In this document: in pieces, positions 1 through 8,638 of the stretch
How the letters are laid out: each line of letters opens with the position of its first letter
Position numbering within the stretch: position 1 is the stretch's first letter
Source of the DNA: Candidatus Fermentibacteraceae bacterium
Lineage (GTDB): Bacteria > Fermentibacterota > Fermentibacteria > Fermentibacterales > JCC-6
DNA: 24,357 nucleotides
Assembly (NCBI GenBank): GCA_041686025.1
Contig: JAWLEP010000012.1
Coordinates: 42,327-66,683, forward strand
Direction: 5' to 3'
Notes under the pieces: model-generated
What the model saw: only the letters and a program-made list of their open reading frames with translations
What the model was told of the DNA's origin: nothing
The model's database searches: none
Position numbers and translations under genes: made by a program

Positions 1-1
1 G

Positions 2-178
2 GGCCGCGGGCGCGGATGGGGCAGGCGGGGCTACTACGCCCCCTACCCGACCGCTGCCTACCCGGTGGAGCCCCCCTCCCGCGAACAGGAGATGGAGGGC
101 CTCAAGAGGGCGGCCGAGGAGACAAGGCAGGCTCTGAAGAGGATCGAAGACCGCATGGAGCAGCTCGGCGAGGAGTAG
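2..178 (+). CDS. 3' end of DUF5320-like protein (Gly/Arg-rich region plus C-terminal coiled coil); starts before the window
   Basis: Not in ORF track. Frame 2 reads GRGRGWGRRGYYAPYP...REQEMEGLKRAAEETRQALKRIEDRMEQLGEE*, with TAG at 176-178. GRGRG repeats followed by a heptad helix are typical of DUF5320. Confidence 0.7.
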   Translation, partial: GRGRGWGRRGYYAPYPTAAYPVEPPSREQEMEGLKRAAEETRQALKRIEDRMEQLGEE

Positions 179-185
179 CCCTCCG

Positions 186-767
186 TCACGCCGAAGGGCC
201 CGGCCGGTGGGCCGGCCCCTTCGGCCGCCCGCCGGCATCCGGGTACTCGCGGACGGAGAGAACGCCGGACTCCCCGAACTCCATCACCGCCGCCCTCTCC
301 AGGCTGCCCTCCAGGGGCAGCCTTCCGCCGGCGCACACCCCTATGGCTCGGCAGACCTCCTCCGCCCCCAGGCCCATGGCCACCGTGCAGTGGGGTACCC
401 ATAGGCCGGGCATGTACAGGCTGGAGCAGCCCTCCAGTACCCCGCCCAGCTCGTCGTAGAACCGCTGGTGGACGCCGGTGAGCTCCAGGGTCACCGACGG
501 GACCAGGAATACCACCCCGTTCTCCGGGCCGAAGGTACCGGCGGCCTGCAGCGCAATCCCGATGGGGTCGATCCCCGCTGCAAAGAGGTCGAACCTCTCC
601 CCGAAATCGCCGGGAAGGTCCCGACACACGGCCAGGGACATGTGAGGCCTTCCCCGGTCATCCAGGAGGTTGGATCCTATTCCGATACCCCGCAGGTCGT
701 CCCAGATGCCTCTGATGCTCTCCTCCAGGCCCCTGTCCGGCAGCAGGCCCACCGCATAACTCGCCAT
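186..767 (-). CDS. 2H phosphoesterase / 2'-5' RNA ligase superfamily protein
   Basis: Two HxS/T motifs (PHMSL, PHCTV). Start placed at MASYAV (767), which has GGAGG just upstream, rather than ORF start 827. Confidence 0.85.
   Translation of the reverse strand: MASYAVGLLPDRGLEESIRGIWDDLRGIGIGSNLLDDRGRPHMSLAVCRDLPGDFGERFDLFAAGIDPIGIALQAAGTFGPENGVVFLVPSVTLELTGVHQRFYDELGGVLEGCSSLYMPGLWVPHCTVAMGLGAEEVCRAIGVCAGGRLPLEGSLERAAVMEFGESGVLSVREYPDAGGRPKGPAHRPGPSA
191..224. terminator. GC-rich hairpin at the junction of convergent genes, possible bidirectional terminator
   Basis: CCGAAGGG-c-CCGGCC [GGTG] GGCCGG-c-CCCTTCGG; lies just after the DUF5320 stop and inside the 3' end of the 2H gene; no clear U-tract. 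Confidence 0.4.
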
Positions 768-825
768 TCGGCCTCCGTTCCCCTCCGGTTCACGGGAGCG
801 GGCGGCCTTCGCATATATTCGGCAC

Positions 826-1818
826 ATGACTACGAAATCCTGGATGAACGCAGATTCAGTGCCCGAGGGCTACTCTGCAGGCTTCGCCCTGGCTCCCATG
901 GCCGGAATCACCGATTCCGCCATGCGCAGGATATGCAGAGAGCTGGGTGCGACTGCAACCGTTACCGAGATGGTCTCGGCCGCCGGCCTCTCCCGCCGCT
1001 CGGTGAGGACCTCGCGCCTGCTGGTCCACACCGAGAGCGAGCGCCCGCTGGGGGTGCAGCTGTTCGGCCGCAGGCCCGAGGACTTCGAGAGGGCGGCGGG
1101 GCTGGTGGACGGCCTGGGCTTCGACTTCATAGACATAAACGCCGGGTGCCCCGTCCGCCGGGTGGCCACCAAGGGTTCGGGGGCGGGCCTGCTGCGCGAT
1201 CTGCCCGGGCTGCTCCGGATTGTGGAGGCAACCTCCCGGGCGGCGGCCCTCCCGGTGACGGTGAAGGTCCGGCTGGGCTGGACGCCCGGGGATCCTCTGC
1301 CCGAAGGTGCCTGGGAGTCTCTGGCCCGGGCCGGGGCCCGGGTGATCGCCGTGCACGGAAGGTACCGGTCCGAAGGGTTCTCCGGTGGGGTCAGGCTCGA
1401 TGAGATGCGTCGCGTAGTGGAGGCCTCCCCGGTACCCGTGCTGGCCAACGGGGACTCCACATCTGCCGGGGCGGTCCGGCGCATGATGGAAACCACGGGG
1501 GCCTCCGGAGCGCTGCTGGGCAGGGGGGCGGTGGCCAATCCGTGGATATTCAGGGAGCTGGCGGGGAGAGGGGCCGGAAGGCCGCTCCCCGGCGAGCTCA
1601 GGCATACGGTGAACCGGCAGCTGGCGATGATGCACGAGTACATCGACGAGCCGTACGTGTACCACGCCATGCGGGGACATCTATGCCGCTACCTCCGGGG
1701 ATTCCGAAAGGCCTCCGAGGTAAGGAGAAGGGCGGTTCGGGTGGCGAGCGACAGGGACGTGGACACGGTGCTGCGCATGGCCGAGGAGAGAATGCACGGA
1801 GAGGGAGGCCGAACATGA
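826..1818 (+). CDS. dusB: tRNA-dihydrouridine synthase (DusB-type)
   Basis: LAPMAGITD, TEMVS, QLFG, IDINAGCP (catalytic Cys), GSGAGLL, PVTVKVRLGW, VHGR, ANGD and GRG motifs. Confidence 0.92.
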   Translation: MTTKSWMNADSVPEGYSAGFALAPMAGITDSAMRRICRELGATATVTEMVSAAGLSRRSVRTSRLLVHTESERPLGVQLFGRRPEDFERAAGLVDGLGFDFIDINAGCPVRRVATKGSGAGLLRDLPGLLRIVEATSRAAALPVTVKVRLGWTPGDPLPEGAWESLARAGARVIAVHGRYRSEGFSGGVRLDEMRRVVEASPVPVLANGDSTSAGAVRRMMETTGASGALLGRGAVANPWIFRELAGRGAGRPLPGELRHTVNRQLAMMHEYIDEPYVYHAMRGHLCRYLRGFRKASEVRRRAVRVASDRDVDTVLRMAEERMHGEGGRT

Positions 1819-2606
1819 TACGGCTTGTCCTGGGGGCAGCCCTTTCCGGACTGCTGGTCCTTGCCTCGTGCGGAGGGCCCGGGGCCACCGCAATCCCGGA
1901 GAGGCCGTCGATCACGGATGAGGGCGGAAAGTGCGGCTACGTCTGGAAGGCCGGCGACAGCTGGAGGTTCCTCTCCTGGGCCGTGATGGGCTCGGAGGAG
2001 CATGCCGACGCCCTCTGCCTGGGATCGGGCTTTGCGCCGGGCACGTCCCCCGCTCCAGGGGATACCGTGATGCTCCCCCTCTCCCCCTCGCTGGCGGACC
2101 CGATGCAGCACCGGCTGGAGGCGGCCAGGCTGGTGCGCAGGGCCGGAGAGGCCAGGGAGGCCGGCGACCGGGCGGCTGCCGGCTCCCTCCTGCTGGAGGC
2201 CCGACGCTCCGACGGCGACTGGTCGGTTCCGGTCTGCGACCTGGCCCTGCTCTACATCGAAGACGGCGCCCTGGACGCCGCCCGCGACCTGCTGGCGCCG
2301 CTGGCGCACAAGTACCGGGTGGCCTGGCTCCTCTCATGGATAGCCTGGAACCGGGGACGGATGGACGAGGCGCTGGAGCACATCCAGACCGCCCTGATGG
2401 ACCCCGCGCCGCCCCCGGAGGTGCTGCTCTCCGCCGGAATCATCTACTCCGTCGCCGGAGACCACTACCAGGCCGGCCGGATGTGGCGCAGGGTGCTCTC
2501 CGACCCCGGGGCCGACAGCCGCCTCCGGCTTCAGGCACTGCGGTGGGCGCTGGGGATGGGGCAGGTGCCCGAGGACCCCGGAAGCTTGCGGGAGCTTCCA
2601 CGCTGA
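1815..2606 (+). CDS. Lipoprotein with degenerate LysM-like domain and TPR-like helical repeats
   Basis: ATG at 1815 overlaps the dusB TGA (ATGA) and follows GGAGG. Signal peptide with lipobox LAS-C; YVWKAGDSW...PGDTVMLP resembles LysM; Ala/Leu-rich TPR-like helices follow. Confidence 0.65.
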   Translation: MIRLVLGAALSGLLVLASCGGPGATAIPERPSITDEGGKCGYVWKAGDSWRFLSWAVMGSEEHADALCLGSGFAPGTSPAPGDTVMLPLSPSLADPMQHRLEAARLVRRAGEAREAGDRAAAGSLLLEARRSDGDWSVPVCDLALLYIEDGALDAARDLLAPLAHKYRVAWLLSWIAWNRGRMDEALEHIQTALMDPAPPPEVLLSAGIIYSVAGDHYQAGRMWRRVLSDPGADSRLRLQALRWALGMGQVPEDPGSLRELPR

Positions 2607-2664
2607 ATATACTTGGGGTACACTGTTTGAAATGTTAGACTTTTAACCGAAAAAGAATGGGAGG
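2586..2664 (+). promoter_or_regulatory. AT-rich promoter region and RBS for the NYN gene
   Basis: AT-rich patch in a GC-rich background; TTGCGG-N16-TATACT (2586-2613), alternative -10 TACACT at 2619; GGAGG at 2660-2664. Confidence 0.4.
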
Positions 2665-2669
2665 CGATA

Positions 2670-3326
2670 ATGTCGGTTAATACCTCAGCGCACATACTTC
2701 GCATAGCCATCTTCTACGACGGCGGGTACTTCGACGAGGTAAGCAAGTACTACAAGTACGGACATTCCAGGCAATCGCGGCTCAACCTGCAGGGCCTGCA
2801 CGACTTCCTCCGCGACCGCACCGCCCGCATAGAGGGCGGGGACATCTCCCTGACCCAGATAATCGAGGCCCACTACTTCCGGGGCAGGTTCGCGGCACAG
2901 ACGGCCATAGACCACGGAAAGGTCGAGGACGAGCGCCGCTTCGACGACGTGCTTATGCACGCCGGCATAACCACCCACTACTTCCCGGTGGACGAGCAGG
3001 GCGGCAGGCCGCGGGAGCGGGGCATAGACGTCTGGCTCTCCCTGGAGGCCTTCGACCTGGCCATCCACAAGGAGGTGGACGTAATAGTCCTCATCGCCTG
3101 CGACACCGACTACGTACCCCTGGTGCGCAAGCTGAACACACTGGGAACCAGGGTGATGCTGCTGGCCTGGGACTTCCGCTACGAGTTCGACCTGGGCGGC
3201 AAGCACTACATAAAGGAGACCAGGACCAGCTCCCAGCTGATAGAGGCCACTCCCTACGTTCTGGACATGCACAAGATCATAGAGGAGGGTCTGGAAGAGG
3301 AGATCGTTCCGCTGTTCGTGGACTGA
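2670..3326 (+). CDS. NYN domain (LabA/DUF88, PIN-like) putative ribonuclease
   Basis: IFYDGGYF, YFRGR, ERGIDVWLSLEA, VLIACDTDYVPLVRKLNTLGTRVMLL; the acidic catalytic set is retained. Confidence 0.88.
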   Translation: MSVNTSAHILRIAIFYDGGYFDEVSKYYKYGHSRQSRLNLQGLHDFLRDRTARIEGGDISLTQIIEAHYFRGRFAAQTAIDHGKVEDERRFDDVLMHAGITTHYFPVDEQGGRPRERGIDVWLSLEAFDLAIHKEVDVIVLIACDTDYVPLVRKLNTLGTRVMLLAWDFRYEFDLGGKHYIKETRTSSQLIEATPYVLDMHKIIEEGLEEEIVPLFVD

Positions 3327-3346
3327 TCCGGGCCCGGGACTGCGAA

Positions 3347-3372
3347 GAAGGGGCGGCTTCGGCCGCCCCTTC
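3347..3372. terminator. Intrinsic terminator, probably bidirectional
   Basis: Perfect 11-bp stem GAAGGGGCGGC / GCCGCCCCTTC with cUUCGg loop, between convergent stops at 3326 and 3380. Confidence 0.8.
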
Positions 3373-3379
3373 GGTTATC

Positions 3380-3820
3380 TCAGGGATTGCAGCGGCGGCA
3401 GAAGTTGCAGATTCCCGTCCGTCTGCTCTCCGGGTCGCCCCAGGTGGTCCAGGCGTCCGTCACCTCGGTGGACAGCATGGAGGTGTCCAGCTCCAGGAAA
3501 CCGCAGTGTCCCACCAGCACCGTCACCCCCGGCAGTCCGTACTCGGTGCACAGGGCCGTTACCTCGGCCCTGCCCGGCGCAGAGGGCGGAAGCCGCCACA
3601 GCGAGCATTCGGCGTCCTCGGGCAGCAGCTCCACGGCGGCGAGAAGCGACTCTGCAAGGGCCGAGTCCCCCGTCCCTCCCGACTGCACCAGCAGCAGCCC
3701 GAACCTCCCCGGCTCCGACCTGAGGTCCAGCTCGGCGAAGCCGCCGACGGTCTCGATGCCGTCCAGGGCCGAGGCCTTCAGGGGCGCCGCACAGGCCGCC
3801 GCCAGCAGCAGGACCCGCAT
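3380..3820 (-). CDS. Small exported hypothetical protein with C-terminal CxxCxxC
   Basis: Start MRVLLLAAACAAPLKASA (signal-like) 14 nt after the GH85 stop; ends GICNFCRRCNP just before the terminator. Confidence 0.6.
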   Translation of the reverse strand: MRVLLLAAACAAPLKASALDGIETVGGFAELDLRSEPGRFGLLLVQSGGTGDSALAESLLAAVELLPEDAECSLWRLPPSAPGRAEVTALCTEYGLPGVTVLVGHCGFLELDTSMLSTEVTDAWTTWGDPESRRTGICNFCRRCNP

Positions 3821-3834
3821 CAGGTGACCGGCCC

Positions 3835-6090
3835 TCACAGCAGGACGCACCTCCTGGTCATCCTCACCCCCCCGGACCGCATCACCAGGTGGTAGACTCC
3901 GGCGGGCAGGGACCTCCTGTCCCACTGCAGCGTCCCCGGCCCCGCCGGCAGGAGATCGTCGACGAGGGTGTCGGCCAGACGGCCGTCCAGCGAGTAGACC
4001 CCGATGGTCATCCTTCCCGCCCGCTGCAGCCGGAAGTCGATGGTGGCCGAGGCCGCCACGGGGTTGGGAGAGACCGGTTCCAGCATGGGGCCGGCGGCCG
4101 GCCTGCCATGGGGGACCACGCCGGTAACAGTCCACTCGAAGCCCGCCGAGAGGGTGTCCGAACGCCCCCCCTCCTCGCTCATCGCCTCCAGCAGCACCGT
4201 TCCCGTGGTCTGGCCCGCCGGACGGGTAACCTCCGGGGCGAAGAACGCGTCTCCCGGGGTGGCTCCCAGCCAGACCAGGCTGCTGTCACCATCCAGCTGG
4301 TAGACGTTGTAGCGGCGCACCGGATCGGTGGAGTGCTCCCAGGAGAGGCGCAGGGTGCCGGTGTTGTCGTCGATCTGCAGGAACTGGTCAACCGAGAGGC
4401 CGGTGGGAGCCGCGGGAACGTCCACGCCGCCCTGCAGCAGGGCCATCTCCCCGATGCGGCCCTGGAAGCCGCTGGTCTGCTGGTCGGACTCGAACTCCAG
4501 GGCCAGGAGGCTCAGCGTCTGCCCCGACCAGGCCGACAGGGGCAGCACAGCCTCCGACCAGCCCTCTCCGGAAGCCTCCCCCACGTCGATGTAGACCAGG
4601 TCGTCGCCGGCCCCCGCAAGGCCCAGGCCCACCCGGATCATGGAGGGGTCCCCGGCCCCTCCCCCGGTGTCGTAGACCAGCCGCAGGCTCTCGTCCCCGG
4701 AGAGCTCGAGGTCGGCCTTGTAGAGGTAGAGGGTTGTGGGAACGCCGGCGGGGAGGTCGCCGCTGACCTTCAGGCAGCTTCCCCCCTCCCACGCCGTGCC
4801 GAAGTCCAGCTCCGGGTAGAGCGGGGCACCGTCGCTGTCGGCTATCCACCGGTAGCTGGGCTGGGCGTCCTGCAGGCTCCTGTTGTTCCACTCCCCGTCC
4901 CGGGACTGCTCTCCCTCCACCCACCATCCGTATCCCTGGCCGGTGTTGAAGCAGGTCCTGAAGGGGGCCTGCGTCAGGGGGGTCCGGGCCGGCACGTAGT
5001 GGGCCAGGCCCTTCCAGTCGTCGGGGGTGAAGGTGTCGCCGGGGTCCCTGTTGGGGCCCACCCAGAACCTGTTGGCCCTCTCGTAGAAGTCCTGGAGACC
5101 CGCGGAGCCGGAGTAGGTCCAGTTGGGGCAGTAGAAGGCCAGCGACGTGGTGTGGGCCTCCCCCTCGGGGAAGACGCCGTCCCAGTTCACAGAGGTGTTG
5201 TAGCCGCCGGCCTGCACGTCGGCGCCCGCGTAGAGCTCGTAGGGGCTGCGGCCCAGTCCCTCGGCGTGGTCGGCGGAGGAGGAAAGCCCGGCCGGGCTCC
5301 ACCAGAAGTTGAGGAACATGCTCTGCGACACCGTGTCCCCCTGGAACTGGAAGAACCAGTCATTGCTGTCGTTGAGGGCGTTCTGCCAGGAGATTCCGCC
5401 CCCCTCGGTCATGGCGTCGTACCACTGTATCTCCACGTCCGAGGTCTCCTGGACGTAGAGCATCATGTCCCGCATGGCCTCCGCCAGCTCAGCCGTACCC
5501 CCCGCCGTCTCCTGGTTGATGAACCAGCCCTCGAAGCCGTAGTGCTCCGCCACCTCTACCAGCTTGTCGGCCACGGGATAGGTGCCTCCCTCCTCCTGCA
5601 CCAGGTCCCAGACCCAGCCTATCTGCCCCCCGTACTGGGTGGGCGGGAAGAAGACGGTGCCGTATACGGGCACCCCGTTGCGGTGGGCGGCGTCGATCAC
5701 GTCGGCGCTGGGGGCCAGTATGAGGCCCTCTCCCGCCGACCCGCCCCAGAACACCAGCAGGTCCGTGTACTGCCAGTAGCCGAAGGCGTAGACATCTATG
5801 TCGTAGCCGCCCTGGGAGGGATTGCCGCTGGTGGATGGGTACATGATGGACACCGCGGTGATGCCCCCCTCTCCCTGCCTGGCGTGGGCGTTGCACTGGG
5901 TGTCGGACCAGCTCCTGTCGGCCAGCTCCACCCAGCTCCGGTTGAAGGGGGCGTCGGGGTCGGACTCCGGGGTCCATGACAGAAGCTCTGCGGGGAACCA
6001 GTAGGAGGCGAAGGGCTGTCCCGGCGGCTGGGCCGCCGCGAAAGACGCAATGGCCAGAAGCAGGGCCAGCGCCGGCATGGCTCTTGACAT
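3835..6090 (-). CDS. Secreted GH85 endo-beta-N-acetylglucosaminidase with Fn3-like domain and T9SS/FlgD-like C-terminal domain
   Basis: Signal peptide; WQYTDLLVFWGGS, DAAHRNGVPVYGTVFF, YGFEGWFINQET (catalytic N-x-E), WYDAMT, FLNFWW, FNTGQG. C-terminal SPNP...VYSLDGR...LPAGVY. RBS AGGAG upstream. Confidence 0.9.
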   Translation of the reverse strand: MSRAMPALALLLAIASFAAAQPPGQPFASYWFPAELLSWTPESDPDAPFNRSWVELADRSWSDTQCNAHARQGEGGITAVSIMYPSTSGNPSQGGYDIDVYAFGYWQYTDLLVFWGGSAGEGLILAPSADVIDAAHRNGVPVYGTVFFPPTQYGGQIGWVWDLVQEEGGTYPVADKLVEVAEHYGFEGWFINQETAGGTAELAEAMRDMMLYVQETSDVEIQWYDAMTEGGGISWQNALNDSNDWFFQFQGDTVSQSMFLNFWWSPAGLSSSADHAEGLGRSPYELYAGADVQAGGYNTSVNWDGVFPEGEAHTTSLAFYCPNWTYSGSAGLQDFYERANRFWVGPNRDPGDTFTPDDWKGLAHYVPARTPLTQAPFRTCFNTGQGYGWWVEGEQSRDGEWNNRSLQDAQPSYRWIADSDGAPLYPELDFGTAWEGGSCLKVSGDLPAGVPTTLYLYKADLELSGDESLRLVYDTGGGAGDPSMIRVGLGLAGAGDDLVYIDVGEASGEGWSEAVLPLSAWSGQTLSLLALEFESDQQTSGFQGRIGEMALLQGGVDVPAAPTGLSVDQFLQIDDNTGTLRLSWEHSTDPVRRYNVYQLDGDSSLVWLGATPGDAFFAPEVTRPAGQTTGTVLLEAMSEEGGRSDTLSAGFEWTVTGVVPHGRPAAGPMLEPVSPNPVAASATIDFRLQRAGRMTIGVYSLDGRLADTLVDDLLPAGPGTLQWDRRSLPAGVYHLVMRSGGVRMTRRCVLL

Positions 6091-6136
6091 TCTCTCTCCT
6101 TACCGAAGGGGTGACTCGCGGCTGCCCGGCACGGCG

Positions 6137-6490
6137 CTATCCCGAAGGGTCCTCATCCCGTCCGGAAGCGTCGATGCCGCTTCCGGGCGGCGTCTCGTCG
6201 AGCATGGACATGGACTCGTCCTGGCTGGTCTTCACGAAGCGGCGGGTACGGATGAAACGCACCAGTCCCACGATGGCCACCGCGATGGCCAGGGGCATCA
6301 GGGCGTAGCCCAGTATCACCAGCTCTGGCTGGCTGTGCAGCAGCTTCACCAGGCTGATCCCGGAGACCCCCAGCATGATGGCCGTCCTCACGTAGGCCAG
6401 GAAGGTCCTCTCGGTAGCCAGGTAGGTCCTGCTGGTGGCCAGCTCGTCCCGCAGCGGGCCTATCTCCTCCGCGCTCTCCGGTTCCTGCAT
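6137..6490 (-). CDS. DUF202 (YidH-like) inner membrane protein
   Basis: LRDELATSRTYLATERTFLAYVRTA followed by two hydrophobic segments. Confidence 0.85.
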   Translation of the reverse strand: MQEPESAEEIGPLRDELATSRTYLATERTFLAYVRTAIMLGVSGISLVKLLHSQPELVILGYALMPLAIAVAIVGLVRFIRTRRFVKTSQDESMSMLDETPPGSGIDASGRDEDPSG

Positions 6491-6520
6491 GTCTTCCTTC
6501 CGCTGTCGGTAGGACTCATC

Positions 6521-7036
6521 TCAGAGCACCCTCCCGGCCTTTACCAGCCTGGTGCTGTAGTAGGGATGGGCCAGCGACTGCCGGACCACTCCCCTGCTGG
6601 AGGAGGCGTGGACGAAGAAACCGTTTCCCGTGTAGATGCCCACGTGCGATATCCCTCCTCCGGAGGTGTTGAAGAACAGCAGGTCGCCGTAGCGTATCCC
6701 GGAGGGGTCGACGCTGCCTGCCGCAGCCGCCTGTCTGCCGGCGGTCCTGGGGATGTCCACCCCTACCGCGGAGAAGACCGCCTGCGTGAACCCCGAGCAG
6801 TCCACCCCCGACCTGCTCTCTCCCCCGTATACGTAGGGGGTGCCCATCCAGCTCTCTATCTCCCGGTCCAGGCGGTTCTCGCGAGCGTTTCTGGGATTCG
6901 ACGGAGCCCTGGAGACCGCCTCCGACCAGTCGGCGCCCCGGCAGGCTATGCCCCCGCCCCTGTAGACCGGAACGGAGCTGCATCCCGCCGCCATAATCGC
7001 CAGCGCGCACAGCAGCAGCGGGGCACTCCGTCTCAT
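6521..7036 (-). CDS. NlpC/P60 (C40) cell-wall peptidase lipoprotein
   Basis: Lipobox AAG-C; GTPYVYGG, DCSGF (catalytic Cys), GDLLFF, SHVGIY, FVHASSS. Confidence 0.92.
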   Translation of the reverse strand: MRRSAPLLLCALAIMAAGCSSVPVYRGGGIACRGADWSEAVSRAPSNPRNARENRLDREIESWMGTPYVYGGESRSGVDCSGFTQAVFSAVGVDIPRTAGRQAAAAGSVDPSGIRYGDLLFFNTSGGGISHVGIYTGNGFFVHASSSRGVVRQSLAHPYYSTRLVKAGRVL

Positions 7037-7042
7037 TGCCGC

Positions 7043-8638
7043 TCAGCTCCTGACCACGGTGTCCCTGGGTGGCGGGACCGCCTGGGGACAGTCCAGGTTG
7101 TAGTGGAGCCCCCTGCTCTCCCTCCGCTGCAGGGCCGACCGGACTATCAGGCGGCACACCGTGCAGAGGTTGCGCAGCTCCAGCAGCTCCACCGAGGGGA
7201 GGAGGGTCCAGTAGTCCTCCTCCACCTCCTTCCAGATCACGTCCAGCAGCCTCTGCGCCCTGTAGAGCCTCTTGTCGGTGCGCACTATTCCCACGTAGTC
7301 CCACATGACGCTCCTCATGGAGGCCCAGGCATGATCCACCAGCACGCTCTCCTCCAGGGGCTCGGCCCGGCCGAAGTACCAGTCCCTCACCTCCTGGTCG
7401 AATGGCTCCGGCATGCTCCCGCGCATGGACTCGGCAGCCTTCAGCCCCATGACCCCTGCTTCCAGAAGGCTGTTGCTGCCCAGCCGGTTGGCCCCGTGGA
7501 AGCCCGTGGACGCCGCCTCCCCCACAACCCGCAGCCCCGGCATCTCGGTGGCGCCGTCGGGAGCGGCCACCACACCGCCCACGCTGTAGTGGGCGGCAGG
7601 GACCACGGGTATGGGCTCCAGCCAGGGGCGGATCCCCACGGACTCCACCCCCTCGGTGACCTCCGGAAAGTGCTCCCTCAGGTAGTCTTCGCCCAGGTGG
7701 GTGGCGTCCAGCACCACGTGGTCGTCGCCCAGCCTCTTCATCTCCGAGTCTATGGCCCTTGCCACCACGTCCCTGGGCGCCAGCTCCATCCTCTCGGGGT
7801 CGTAGTCGCGCATGAACCTCCTGCCCCGCAGGTTCAAGAGCTTCGCGCCCTCCCCGCGGAGGGCCTCGGTGACCAGGAAGTTCCGCTTGTCCGGATGGTA
7901 GAGGCAGGTGGGATGGAACTGGAAGAACTCCATGTTGCGCACCGGAATTCCCGCCCTGGCCGCCATGGCGATCCCGTCGCCGGTGGCGGAGTCCTGGTTG
8001 GACGTGTAGCGGTAGACCTTTCCGGCCCCCCCGGTTGCCAGCACCGTCTCCCTGGCCAGGACGGTCTCTACCACGCCGTCGTGCAGCACGTAGGCGCCCA
8101 GGCACCTGTCCCCTCCCGGGGCCAGCAGTGCCGGGACCTCGTGGGAGGCGGTTATCAGGTTGATGGCGAAAGCACTCTCGAGGATCTGGACGTTGTCCCG
8201 CCGGCGGCATTCGTCCAGGAGCACCTCGCTTATGTGCCGGCCGGTGCGGTCGCGGTAGTGGAGGACCCGCCTGACGCTGTGGCCCCCCTCTATGCCGCTT
8301 CGGCCTCCTCCGGAGCCCTCCAGGCGGACTCCCCAGTCCTCCAGGCGGGCTATCAGCTCCGGGCCCGACTCTATGATCTCCCCGGCCACCTCCTCGTGCA
8401 CCAGACCTCCGCCGGCCCGGACCGTGTCCGCCAGATGGGCCTCCACGCTGTCCTCGGGACCGGTGGCGGCGGCCAGGCCCCCCTGGGCCAGCCAGGTGTT
8501 CCCCGTGGGAACGGGACGCTTGGTGATAACCAGCACCTCCAGGCCGGAGGGCAGCCCCAGAGCGCACGCCAGGCCGGACAGGCCGGCGCCGATCACCATC
8601 ACATCGCATCTCCTGTGCTCCGAGATCCTCTTCTCCAT
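7043..8638 (-). CDS. nadB: L-aspartate oxidase
   Basis: GAGLSG FAD motif, AQGG, EGGHSVRRVLH, ATGGAG, MEFFQFHPT, TEALRGEGA, ELAPRDVVAR, PAAHYSVGG, HGANRLGSNSLLE, ESRGLHY. Confidence 0.95.
   Translation of the reverse strand: MEKRISEHRRCDVMVIGAGLSGLACALGLPSGLEVLVITKRPVPTGNTWLAQGGLAAATGPEDSVEAHLADTVRAGGGLVHEEVAGEIIESGPELIARLEDWGVRLEGSGGGRSGIEGGHSVRRVLHYRDRTGRHISEVLLDECRRRDNVQILESAFAINLITASHEVPALLAPGGDRCLGAYVLHDGVVETVLARETVLATGGAGKVYRYTSNQDSATGDGIAMAARAGIPVRNMEFFQFHPTCLYHPDKRNFLVTEALRGEGAKLLNLRGRRFMRDYDPERMELAPRDVVARAIDSEMKRLGDDHVVLDATHLGEDYLREHFPEVTEGVESVGIRPWLEPIPVVPAAHYSVGGVVAAPDGATEMPGLRVVGEAASTGFHGANRLGSNSLLEAGVMGLKAAESMRGSMPEPFDQEVRDWYFGRAEPLEESVLVDHAWASMRSVMWDYVGIVRTDKRLYRAQRLLDVIWKEVEEDYWTLLPSVELLELRNLCTVCRLIVRSALQRRESRGLHYNLDCPQAVPPPRDTVVRS

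Noticed and set aside
3347..3382. TGA of the Cys-tailed gene followed by a hairpin (possible selenocysteine/SECIS)
   Set aside because: The hairpin is a perfect terminator-type stem between convergent genes; readthrough sequence is not protein-like
6516..8609. 697-aa alternative-frame ORF over nadB/nlpC and other Arg/Gly/Pro-rich same-strand ORFs
   Set aside because: Off-frame products of GC-rich codon usage
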